DNA from: Saprolegnia diclina VS20
Taxonomy: Eukaryota
Direction of reading: 5' to 3'
Assembly (NCBI RefSeq): GCF_000281045.1
Contig: NW_008246072.1
Location: forward strand, 1,162,680-1,206,324
DNA: 43,645 nucleotides
Position numbers and translations under genes: made by a program. Of the stretch, positions 24,501 through 36,164 are shown piece after piece. How positions within the stretch are numbered: the first letter of the stretch is position 1; the number at the start of each line of letters is the position of its first letter. A model generated the notes under the pieces. That model saw only the letters and a list, made by a program, of their open reading frames with translations, was not told the origin of the DNA and did not search any database.

Positions 24501-26121
24501 CCATCGCTGTGCCATTGCTAATCACGCGCATGCGATTCTAGAAATGTGGGATTAGGAAGAAAAACAAAATTTGTCTATTGTTCCAGTCGCCACACGCCAT
24601 CGGTGATGCGGCCGTTCGACGCGCAGGCGACGGCTGGCGTGCTCAAACCAAATGTGGTCGCGGGTCGCTTCTGCGGCCAGCAATTTATGCGGTTGTCTCG
24701 ATCGTTGAAGCACAGGCGATGACGCTCCTGGGACGTTCCGAAGAACGAACGATGTCCATCTGCGACCAACGCCGCAAGATAGCCACGACTAATGAAGCTC
24801 CGGTCGCTGAAGTTGACGCACCGTTTTTGTATCGGACCGCGTCTTTGGCCAGCGTGGGCGTCAGCGCCTTGTCGCGACGCACGTCAGGTGCATCCAACTC
24901 GATAGCTTAAGCGAGTTCCTTCATGCCTGTACCTGCTTCGTACGCTGTCGAGGCGGCGAGTACACCTGATATCAAGCCGCTGCTACCGTGTCCCACGGCG
25001 CGGCCCGGATGGCGGCGTCATGGACTGCGCGCATTGTACATCAAGCCAAAGTAAAGTCAGGAGTGTAGTGCAGTGCAAATTACACTGTCTGATACTGGCT
25101 CTCCTGTCACAGAAAAGCCGAGAGGCGGAGAGGCCCGAGGAATCGCTGGATGCGCTCTCCATTTCACTCTCCTCTCACCTCGAGCATATCAGGCCGAGGG
25201 TAACAAACAATACACTGTAGCCAAGCAATTCCGCCCGTGTATATTCGAGTACATAGAAAGCTACTCCTTGGTGCTCGGTCGACCGCAGCGTGTGACGCCA
25301 TCATCGTCGATTGTGCATTAGGCACCCTGACGCACGCGAGCTTATATACCCATTCCAGCATCGTCAAACGCTGTATGGCGATCGAGACGAGTATCTTCAA
25401 GCGGCCTTCAAGGCAGGAAATCGTTGACGACCAGCGCTTTCGCCAGCAACAGGCTCCGCCAACGAAATTTCCTTCGACCGTCGTCCACTCTTCTTCACGG
25501 GCGGCGCCATGGCGACCGCCTACATTCCACGGGCTCGTTGCCTCGTGGCCGTCAAGAATCATCGTCCTGCCATCGCTTATCAAGAGAAAGGACTGGTAGT
25601 TTGACGCAAATCGGGATTTCCTCGCTTTTGTACGATTTCTAGCATTGGAGGTACGGCTTCGAGGTCTACATACTGTACATGTAGTTGCTACTGGCGTGTC
25701 ATGGATCCATCTCGCGGTCAATGACGCCGCTCCACTTCGCTTTGGGTTCTCGCAGCTCGCGCCATCTCCAAAATGAACATGGCCTTTTTATTCCATATAA
25801 AATAAAAAAAATATCATTTCTTAGCCGAATGATTGAGCACACCGGACGACGAGCTTAATGGACGAGGTGCTGTCTTTCGCGCGACGTCGACACGATGCCA
25901 AGAGACTTGACGCCCGACGATGCTGGCTGCCGGGACAGCTTGGCGGCGGCGTGACAAGCCAGCGCTCTTGTTTCTGGATCCACTCTCATTGCACTCGTCT
26001 CACTCTCTTTGCACTTTCGACGTATTCTATACGGGTGGGACAGTTGGGCGCAACGATACGGCGCAGCGAAGCGTATGTCTGCGGCTGCGCCTTCGCTACG
26101 CCCACAACTCAATTTGCCAGC

Positions 26122-27348
26122 ATGGCCGCGAGTAGTACGATGAAGCTCAAGTTCAAGGCCTGCACGACGTGCATGCGGTCGTTCGACCCGTTCCACTGGC
26201 GCTACAACTGCCAGGGCTGCGACCGGTCGGTCTGCCGCGCGTGCTCGTGCAAGGTCGGCTGGAAGAAGCGCGTGTGCTGGGCGTGCCTCGTCGCGGCGCG
26301 CGCGGACGCGGAAGCGAAGCACCGACACAGCGGTACGACCCACGCGACGTCGTCGTACGTCTCACCAACCACGTCGCAATGCAAAGCCGACAGCAACACG
26401 ACGTTCAGCTACCGCATTCCCGAGGAGGGCGAGCTCTCGGACAGCGACCGCGTCGGCACCCGGTCCCGAAAGCAGAGCAAGGTCGACTCGTTCCTTGAAG
26501 ACGGCGGCCTCCGCGTGAGCGGCAAGTACGACAACAGCAGCGACGATTTCGAGCGCTACTCGACGCGAATCACCGAATCGGTCTCTGACGACCTCGATTT
26601 CAACTGGGCCAATCCGTACCCCAAGGCGCCGCTGCCGACCGACGAAGCCTCGCGCCTCGCGGTCGTCCGGGACCTCGACTTTGAGCGGCACGTCGCCCAC
26701 TTTGACAACGACAGTAAGCTCACGACCTTTGTGACGCAGTCGCTGGCGCTCGTGCCGTGGGCCTCCATGGGCGGGATCCACCTCATTGGCGAGCACTACG
26801 TCTTCAACCTCGCCTGCCTCGGCTTTAGCTCGGTCTTTGAGCTCGAGCAGCAGACGCTGCGGGAAGAAGCGCCGTGCAGCTACACGCAGTCCACGCCACT
26901 GGTAGTGCTGGACACGACGCAAGACGCGCGTTTCCGCGCCCACCCGCTTACGATCGAGCAGAACGGACTCGCGTACCTCTCGGTGCCGATCGTCGTGACC
27001 GGCCGCCAGCACCGGCGTGAGATCATTGGCACGCTCGACTTGGCGGGTCACAAGCCGCTGGCCGCGACACCGGCGCCCAAGATCCTCCGCGAGCTCCAAG
27101 CGACCGCCGCCATGATTGGCTACTACGTCGAGCGCCAATGCATTGAGCTCAACATGATGGAGATCGAAATCGAGTCGTCACGCGGGCGGCGCAAGACCGC
27201 GCCGTTCGGGAAGGACGCCAACAGCGATGCGCCGACCAAGGACGTCTTTGCCGAGTCGATGGAGGCGCTCTGGAAGAAGACGATCGAGACGAGCAACCTC
27301 ATGCGGAGTACAATGCCCACGGTGCCCGCCGAAGAGTACGACTTCTAG
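26122..27348 (+). CDS. FYVE-like zinc finger + GAF domain protein (paralog of 20526-21512), intronless
   Basis: CTTC..CQGCDRSVCRACS..RVCWAC; LDFNWANPYPKAP..DEASRL; PLVVLDTTQDARFRAHP..YLSVPI..IIGTL. Confidence 0.85.
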   Translation: MAASSTMKLKFKACTTCMRSFDPFHWRYNCQGCDRSVCRACSCKVGWKKRVCWACLVAARADAEAKHRHSGTTHATSSYVSPTTSQCKADSNTTFSYRIPEEGELSDSDRVGTRSRKQSKVDSFLEDGGLRVSGKYDNSSDDFERYSTRITESVSDDLDFNWANPYPKAPLPTDEASRLAVVRDLDFERHVAHFDNDSKLTTFVTQSLALVPWASMGGIHLIGEHYVFNLACLGFSSVFELEQQTLREEAPCSYTQSTPLVVLDTTQDARFRAHPLTIEQNGLAYLSVPIVVTGRQHRREIIGTLDLAGHKPLAATPAPKILRELQATAAMIGYYVERQCIELNMMEIEIESSRGRRKTAPFGKDANSDAPTKDVFAESMEALWKKTIETSNLMRSTMPTVPAEEYDF

Positions 27349-27808
27349 ACACTACCCCTAATTAGCTAATTTATGAAAAAAATTCCGAGCCGCATTGGCG
27401 CCAGGCGCGAACTCACGCCTGCGAGGCGCGGAGGCCATAGCCGCGACAATCCTCCTACTGCCTGGCTATGCACCCCCATCGTCCATCACGCGTCTGAAGC
27501 TACGTACAGTGTATTTCTGAGAAGCTGCACGGGAGTCCCACACTGAGAGCGCCGAGTACTGTCGCGCCGCCTGTCTTTGTGGCTACAGCCCTGTCCCGAG
27601 GCTCGGCGTCGATTGCGGCCGGACGACCTGAACGAGCATCTCGGGCATCCTGCGCTTTGCAAACGCGAGTCGCGACGTGGCCATTGTGTCCATGGCCTTT
27701 CTCAAAAACGACTGTGGTTTCGGACCGCCTTTGGCCGACGCCACGACTATTAATACCAACAATATTGTCATCGTCTAGCCTTTCTCGATAAACACGATTC
27801 ACCTTTGC

Positions 27809-30800
27809 TCATGGCGGCGAGGACGCGGGCTTCGGTATTGTGCAGAGCCGACTCGGGCTTCTCATCGTCAACGTAAATCCGCGCCAACCGGTTCTCTTCG
27901 TCGACCTGCGCAAAAGGCAAAGTCGATAAGCCAGCAGTGCGTGGTCGGTGGCTACCGCGAGCGGCGCGACGGGCTTGGGCGGGCGCAGCGACAGCAAGAA
28001 GTCGCCAATCTCGTCCAGCGACAGGGTTGCACGGTAGTCTACGCTCGCCGAGGTAGGAAGAGAGGTGCGGAGGAATGGTGCGGACCTGATGCCAAGTCGT
28101 GGTCGTGGGCGTCGAGCTCGTTGCACAAGAGACAGAGCGGGCAGACGCGCTGGACGGTGCAGAGCGGGCAGTCTCTCGCCGCGCGGCGGAGGTCGGTCAG
28201 CGCCATTTTGCTCGTGTCAAACGTTGGAAATTCGTCCAAAATACTCTGGAAGCGGCTGTCGGCGCAGAGCGCGCGGAGGTAGGCCTTGTCAATATCGCTA
28301 GATCCAGAATATAGATCGCTACCGCATTAGCTATGATCACCTCTGGGCATGCGTGGGCCGGCAGATCGCGACGAGGATATCGTCACCGGACGCCACACTC
28401 TGCACGCGCGGACCCTGGTACACCCACTCCTCGGTGCCAAAAACCTCGACCTGGGCGAGGCTGAGGATCGAAGTGCCATCGATCTGCACGCGCACGTAGC
28501 GTCCTAATAGCGCTATACGTGGCGACGTCTTCGTATTGGCCGAGTACCAATGGTGTTGTCGGGCGGGTGCCACACGAGCGGATTGGTCGCAGTCTCGAGC
28601 TTGAACTTGGTGAAGATGCTGTGGGCCTTGGCTTCGCGCAGCGCGTGCTTTCCTGCTTCGGCTTCGAACGGCTCTTGACCGATGTACACGATGCATGGGA
28701 ACAGCTGGTCGCCGGGGGCGCCCGTTCGGTTCCAAAGGCGCACCGAGGCGACGCGGCACATGACGCCGAGGTCGACCTGCGTGCACAGTTGTATGGATTC
28801 CGTCGACGTAAAAACGTACCTGCCAGAACGGACACATCTCACGAAAGGTCTGGCAACACGTGCTTTCGTAGGCGCCGTCCGTGACGCCGTCCAGCGCGAG
28901 ACTCGCCTAGGGCTAGGTTAGGGCTAGGGTTTTCGGATTTTAGTAAATCTCATACGCCGTAGCCGGTGGCTACGGTGCTCTGGATCGCGACAACGTCGTA
29001 GGAGGGATGCCGTGCCATGTTGCTCGGCGATTGGAAAATGCACGGCACGCGCGACGGTGTCGCAATGAACCGGTGGCTCACGTCGTGGCCCGTGCAGCCC
29101 CCGACGTTGTTGCCCCAAGAGAAGAGCTCGCCGTCGATCGAGACGGCGGCCGTGTGCGCGTTTCCGCACCTATGTCGAAACGAGAGCTTGCGTCGTAGCA
29201 ACGTAAGCAGTCTTGGTACGCGAGTGTGGTGACTTGCACGGATGCGAGCGTCGCCGGCGTCACAAATGCGGGGCAAAAGACACCGAGCGCATGTGCACTT
29301 CCCGCGACAAAGACACGACCTAGTACCGATGAGCGTCCAAACAAAATATAAAATTGTCTACCGCCAGAACTAAGAACTCCGTTGCTCTGGATGGCGCTCA
29401 CGACGGCCGTGTGCGCCGTGCCACAGCTCACGTCGACGATGTGGTGGTCGTGCAAGGCCGCCACTTTTGTCGGCACCGACACGATGCCGAGGTTACCTCC
29501 CCGCAGTTCGTTGTCCGTATCTCCATCCGTTCGTCAAAATACGGCAATGATTCCGTGGAAAAGAATGGGTACCGGTGAATCGACCGTCGCCCAGGCCAAG
29601 ACGACCGCCGTCGCCGCTGCCCCAGACGTAGAGCTCGCCGTTGGTCGAGATGACTGCCGAGTGCGATGGACCACACGCGATCTTGCGCACCTACATGATA
29701 CGCTGGTGAGTACCATCATCGAAAGTGACAGAAGACACCTTGGAGGGAAGCGCCAGTGGCAATGGTAAAATCGTAAAACAGTCCTCGAGCGACGATATCC
29801 GCACGGGCTGCGAGGCAGTTGCATGCCGGTGGCCCACAGGCGTCGTATGCGGTCGGGCGACAGGCGGTTCGTTCGTCGGCGATGCAAGCCCGAGCTTGCC
29901 GGTGGCACCGGAGCCCCACACAAACACCTAGCCCTGGGTTAGCTGGCGGACTACAATTGACAACCTGTCCGTCGTGGCGAAGGGCAAGACTGTGCGAGTA
30001 GCCGCACGCAACAGACCGGAAGCGCATGTCCCGCAGATGAACAAGAGGCTTTGGCGTCGTCGTGTCGTCGTGGGAGCCAGACCCGAGACGCCCATAAGTC
30101 CCGAAACCCCACCCGTACAGTTGCCTAGGAACAAGATCATGTTTTACTGTATTTAGAGGACAAGTTGACGCGTACCCGGACTGGTGCACGGCCAGCGCGT
30201 GTTTGGCGCCCAGTGACACTTGCTGGAGCGCTTGGTGCCCCAAAAATGTCTTTTGACGCGGCCCTCGCGCTGTCAAACCACTCATTTGAAGGGTTTTCTC
30301 ATTGTTGGGAATCGCCTATAGACATTGTGAGGCACATACCTCAAGCTGCAAAGCAGCACGTACGCTCAATGTGACACCCTCTTGTCCGCTGCGCGCCTGC
30401 TTGTGCCGAAGCCGCCCGACTTCGCTGCGCTTTTGATCCCAGAGATCTTGCTTGGCTTGAAATGCTGTCGTCTCGGTCTCGTCGATGGCCGTCACCAGTT
30501 GCCGCATGCGCTGCCAGAGCGCCGCGCCCTTCTTGAGAACCCTAGTTCCAAATCGCTCACGATGGATAGCACGCCAGTGCTTCTACGAGGTGATGGCGGC
30601 CTCTTGGTTGTTGTGCAGGGCGCGTAAGAGCTGCTGGTCGAGCTTCTTCATTTGTCGCTGGAACGGCTCGCCCATGCACTCGAGCTCGAGCATCAAGCAC
30701 TTGCTGAGCTTGGTGGCGTTGGCGGCTTTTCCCATTTCGCTCGACTGCAGCGCGCGCAGCTACAGCCAGAATGCTAACGACACGGTTCGAGACTGGGTGC

Positions 30801-32991
30801 AGCTACCCGCAGCGCATTGGCAACGACGTCGGCGCGCAAGTTGAATTCTAGAAGCTCCCGCGCCTTGGCGAGGTGCACTTCGGCGCGCAAGGCGGGTGGG
30901 TACAGCTCAAAGTAGTCGATCAGCACGAGAAGTCTACCCCGAGGTCATTCTCCAAAATGGGTGTTGGGACCTCAGTGCGCACCGCTGGAGCTCGGCTTCG
31001 TCCGACTCGACCGGCACCTCGGGCGGGGCAACCTCTCGAAACATGGTGCGCACGTAATTCTTCAAGTGCTCGTGCTCGTCGGCGACGAGCTGATGGGGCG
31101 CGCTGAGCTTGAGCATTTCGGTACGCGCCGTGTACGGTCGTGACGCGGCGCCTCCCGGCACCTGCTGCGCTACATCTACATTCGCGGTGGTCAATCGTTT
31201 GTATAGTCTTTTCGATAGTTTAGACCGGCCGAGTGCTCGGGACAGTAAATGTAGTCCCACGTGCGACGGGTGCCACCCCAGCAATAGAGCTCGCCGGCGT
31301 CCGTCAAAGCATAGGCCACCGACGCCCCGCACGAGACCTGCAGCCATCCATATGCTTCAACTGCAAATCCCTCACGGGCTACCTGCTTGATGCGCCGTCC
31401 CCAGAGCCACGCGGTATTGATGGCCACCTACCCCTCGACCTCAATTTTTACACATCGATTCATAAACCACGCACCACGCGGTTGTGGAAGGCGAGCTGCT
31501 GCGTTTGCGTCGGGTCGCGTGCGATGCGCTCGGTCTTGATGATTGGTGGTCTCCGCTTGGGCGAGTCCCAGCCCCCCGACTTCTTCTCGGGGCTACTCGG
31601 TGCTTTTGGTGCAAAGGCTTCTGCCCCCCGGACGCGACTCGTCCAAAGCGCCAACAGCCGCGAAAAGTACGGACACTCGACAAAGTCACGCTCCGCCGGC
31701 TAGACAACATAAGGAGCCCAACTTAACGAGCAAATGGGAGTGCGTACGACTCCGTCAAAGCGGTTGAACGAGCCTTTTCCAAAGACATACACCTGCCCCG
31801 CAGCGTCGAGGGTCTCCCCCAGGACGTACTACACGCTCTCGTGCTTGCCTGCTCATATTGATGTCGACGTACATCGGCGTAGCGTTTGGCGTTGGTGAGA
31901 AGCTTTTCCCGGCGCTCCCTAGCATAGGAGTACAGTGAGACGCGCGGTTATTTGGCAACCAAGTCGACTTGATTTGCTCCCAGTTGAAGTTCCATTGAGC
32001 TTCGAGCATCGTATATTGCTCCTGCGCGTCTTCCTTGTCCAAGATCGACTCGAGCTTCTTGGCAAGTTTGGCGCGCGAGAGGAGCTTGTTGTACGCAATG
32101 CTGCGGTTGTTGAGCTCTTTTCGAACGTCGACAAGCTAGATGACAATATTTTCCATGACAAATCTGTGCCTGACCATACCGTGAGCCACAGCGACCGAAA
32201 CGCAGTGTACGTCAGGCCTTCGGTCACGGGCTAGGCAGTGGCATAAGTGCAATGCGACGTGTCATAATTACGTTTTCAAACTGGCTAAACACGGCCTCTT
32301 GTCGGTCCAGCGCCATTTTGATCTTGAGAAAGCGCAGGATTGCTAGACAAATGCTCCAAAATTGACTTTGGGATCGAGAACGTACCTGAAAACTCGTCGC
32401 GGCCAATTTCCCCCGAGTCGTCCGTGTCGAATATGGCGAAGAGATCTTTTGGGTTGAGCACTTTGCTCGGGCAAAAGCCGTTCGTGCGCGTCGGATTCGT
32501 CGGGTCGCACGTAAACATCGCCAGTCGGAATTCGTCAAATGTGATGAATCCTACGTGGTGCCATTAACAAACTTGAGATTGTGAATTGTGAAAGGGAACC
32601 TTTTTGCGCCAAATCGCACTTTTTAAAGTACACTTGGACTTTGGGCGGCGGAATGTCGATCTGGAGGTCCACCAAGAGCAGCTTGAACTCGTCGAGGTCG
32701 ATGCCACCGGACCGGTCAATGTCATATTTCCGAAACATCTACGGGGCGTAGGCAAGGACTCGATGGGAGTTGACGCCTACGGCTTCTGCGTCGAGAAAGG
32801 CGGTCTCGGATTCGGGTGGCGCGTCGCTCAAGCTCGGGTCTTCGACGAGGTCCCGGCTCAGCGGTATGCCGTCGACAAGAATGACATCTAGATCGACCAT
32901 AGGCTAACGCAATTCGATGCATCGTACTCGAGGGTGGGGCCGCCGCCTTGTTGCGGAAGAGGCTCTTCTTGGCCACGGGCTCGGGCGCCAT
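27809..32991 (-). CDS. Large multi-exon protein: EF-hands + coiled region + RCC1 repeats + F-type-lectin (FTP/galactose-binding-like) fold; 3' end approximate
   Basis: EF loops [12 protein letters not shown] and [15 protein letters not shown]1 repeats [76 protein letters not shown]-like [38 protein letters not shown]. Confidence 0.75.
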
Positions 32992-33168
32992 TTGTGCCAG
33001 TTACGCTCGGTTTCAGCCCTCGTTACGACCCAGGCTGCTCGACTGACACCTCTGGAATATCCAGGGCAATGTCGGACCAGTCTCTCTCAGATATTTGGTA
33101 TTAGGAAATATCTGGTGTCTGGCATCTCGTAGTCGAGGAATAGATAACTGATTGCGTCTTATTGCGTC

Positions 33169-33857
33169 TTAGACCATGGTCAGAAAATTCTGAATCATCG
33201 TCTTGCCGTCCGGCGTGAGGATGCTCTCGGGATGGAACTGGACGCCTTCGACCGCGTACTTTTTGTGCCGGACGCCCATGATCATGTCCTTGCCCGCGAT
33301 CGTGGCCGTCACCTCGAGCTCGTCGGGCAGCGTGCTTGGCAGACCGACCTACGTCGCGTGAGACTTCGCTTGCAACATTTGAGTAGAATGCATACGAGCG
33401 AGTGGTAGCGAATGGCCTTGAAGGGCGACGGGACGTTCTTGAAAAGGCCTTTTCCATCGTTCTCCATGTCGGACTGTTTGCCGTGAATGATCTCGCCGGC
33501 GTGGCCGACCGTGCCGCCGTAGACCTCAAACATGCACTGGAGCCCTAGGTAGCATGTGACATGAGCAAGAAGGGACGGGTCGAGAGGTCGCGTACCGAGG
33601 CAGACGCCGGCGATGGGCACGATGCCCTGGAAGGTCCGGATCACGTCGCACGAGATACCCGCGTCCTTTGGGAAGCCGGGCCCGGGCGAGATGAGGATCC
33701 GGTCAAAGGTCGGCGCCCGCGTATACTCGGCGAGGAGCAAGGCCGCGGTCGTGTGGTCGTTGCGGATGACGGTCACGTCGGCGCCGAGCTCGGCCATGTA
33801 CTGGAAGAGGTTGTACGTGAACGAGTCGTAGTTGTCGATGAGGAGCACGCGCGTCAT
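33169..33857 (-). CDS. trpG: Anthranilate synthase component II (TrpG/PabA-type class I glutamine amidotransferase), 2 introns
   Basis: [42 protein letters not shown]; ends MIQNFLTMV*. Confidence 0.92.
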
Positions 33858-34097
33858 GGCGGAAATTGGAAACTGCAAACTGCCCTTTGAGTTTGAGATT
33901 TGGCGATTCGAGATCCGACCAATCAGAACGCGCCATCTGATTGCACATTCAGCGCCAGCACGTTCCTCTGGGCTTCCGTGCGGCAATTGATTGCGCGTCG
34001 TCAGGCCGCGCCCATGGAGGCTCGTCGACGCGCAGGGCTCGAGGTACACGGTGTATGTATAGGGTTCGCCCGTGGGCTGCAAGCTAGAGGCTAATGC

Positions 34098-35450
34098 CTA
34101 GCGCCGCGCTGCCGACGGCGCCGAGCGAGACGAACGCGAGCGTCTCGAACGCCGTTGGGTCCGACCACAAGGCGCTGAGCATACGATCGCAATGTAAAAG
34201 ATCTTGGACGTGGCGGTCTGCATCGCATCGATGGCGCCGCGCGTCGACTCGTGGACGCGCTCCTGCATGAGCTGCGTCTCGGCGAGGTCAGTCATCCAGA
34301 GCCACGCGCGAGACGAGGACGGCGACGACCATGACGATATCCGTCGTCCGCGTCTCTCCAAAGGCAATGTACGAGAGGCCGACCGGTAGCAGCGTGAGCC
34401 AGAAGAGCCAGACGCTAACAAGCACCACGGCCGCGGCGCCCCAACGTCGCTTGATTGCCGGAAAGTCGAGCGTAACGACCAAGCCAGCGAGCGCGCCGAG
34501 GCTAGCGCCTACATTCCACATGACGACGCATATATTTGTCAAGAGCACGCACCGAGAAGAGAGGCGGGGAGTCCGCGCCACTGGTGGTAGGCGATGTTGA
34601 GGCCGCTGCTGCAGAGCACTGAAGGCGACGTTGAGAAGAAAAGTCGGGTGCTTGATATACACTGTTATCTGCGCCCTGAGGGTCTCGCTGGCTGGGACCG
34701 TCGCCACCTCGGTCGATGCACATAGGGTTGGCACCCACGTGTTGACGTCCCGCACCATGGCGTACTCCAGTGGCGTGGTACCGACAGCGGCCGCGCCGAC
34801 GAGGCAACTCGTGTCGCAAAGTCGGCGCTGCTACTGTCGAGAAGGATGCCAACGACTGCTGGCGCCAACATCGCACACGTAAGGTCGATGCGACGCAAGG
34901 TTGTGTTCCGCGACGACGACCCAGTCCTTCTCGACCGCCAAGGCTTGTGCGGCGTCCAAGACCTGCCCGATGGCATCCGCCAGCATCGCCAAGAGGTTAT
35001 TGGCGGCAGTGCTACATTGTAGACGCAAAACCATAGCCTCAGACGACTGTAGTTTGCGCGTACGAGACAAGGAGGAGCGAGGCGAGGGACGCAGTGCTGA
35101 GGATAACGCGCGTTCTCAATCGCGATCCAGAGTGCGAGCACGGACAAGCGGTTGGTCGCCTCGAGCCAGCGACCGATGCGGGGCAGCGTCACCAGTCCCA
35201 CAACGTAGTCAACGTCGGATACCTCGTCTTCCTGACGGGCGATAGCAGTGTAGTAGCGTCCACAGAACGCAAAGAGCGCACTTGGGAGCAGTGTGTCCTT
35301 GGAAATCTCCATAAAGAGGAGTGGGATTGGGAGTTGCCACATGCGGTCTCCCTAGCACAAGACAATATTCGTACTATCAGCATCGGACAGGTTGGACGAA
35401 CCCACGCAGGAATGAAGGGACCAACGCGCGCAGGCGGCGCGCCACATTGC
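34098..35450 (-). pseudogene. Ferroportin (SLC40)-like iron exporter pseudogene; ends approximate
   Basis: Fragments AW|GDRMW, PRIGRWLE..NRL, AVEKDWVV, TLRRIDLTC..LAP, IAYHQWRG, DLAETQLMQE..RGAI lie in different frames, joined by frameshifts or deletions that are not at splice sites. Confidence 0.82.
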
Positions 35451-35663
35451 GGCCTGTGGCGTCCGTCAAGCGGGATCTGCGCAATGGTAAAACCGACGAG
35501 AAGATGGGAGGACGCGTACCCGAGAAGCGGCGATGTCTCTGGCGCCGACGCATTGGCCTTGTGGTACCAGATCCAGAGCTAGTACGCAGTCGGCCCGACA
35601 GCTGTTGCTCCCTCGGTTGTACATGCAACTTACCGAGGCCAATCGCACCAACGGCGAGACTCA

Positions 35664-35902
35664 TGGCCTTGGTGCGCAGCGGCGACGGCGCGGCCTCTTC
35701 GAGCTCTTCACGGGCGTCGGAGGCGAGCAGCGTCGGCCCGTCCATGCCACGGAGCCAAGTATTTCGGGACTACTTAGTAATTTCAGCCCAGTCGTTGCAA
35801 CCACCGGCAAGCGGAAAGGCCAGACAACACCGAGAGCTTCGGTCGTCGGCAAGCGATAGTCTCGTAGCCAGCAGAGGTATTGGGCATCACTTGGCTGTAG
35901 TT
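35664..35902 (-). repeat. Copy B of the 239-bp inverted duplication of positions 1-239
   Basis: 234/239 identity to 1-239 in reverse orientation. Confidence 0.97.
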
Positions 35903-36034
35903 AAGCGTTCTGGTGATGCCAAGGACCTAGGTCGATGGTCTGCAGCGCCTTGGAGTGTTCACAGAATGTCTTGAAAGAAGAAGACAACTTCAGCACACTT
36001 CATTAGGCAAAATAGAAAGAGATAAAAAGCTCAG

Positions 36035-36134
36035 GCGCAGGTTGAAAGGATGCTCGTTCGTGAACGTGACCATGACGACCACCAACAAGGTCGTCATGGT
36101 CACCTTCACCAACGAGAAACCTTTCAACCTGCGC
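36035..36134. repeat. Long inverted repeat (hairpin): 46-bp arms, 4 mismatches, 8-nt loop
   Basis: Arms 36035-36080 and 36089-36134; loop ACCAACAA. Confidence 0.92.
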
Positions 36135-36164
36135 AAGCGTGGACCCGAGCCGTGCTGCGACCAC

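Noticed and set aside
21600..25850. Possible transposon in the gene-free interval
   Set aside because: No transposase, RT or integrase motifs in any frame; the candidate terminal repeat match (22664 vs 25219) is only 10 bp and self-palindromic.
35352..35355. TAG before GDRMW read as a TGG-to-TAG nonsense mutation in ferroportin
   Set aside because: Better explained as the acceptor of a ~50-nt GT-AG intron that restores AW|GDRMW.
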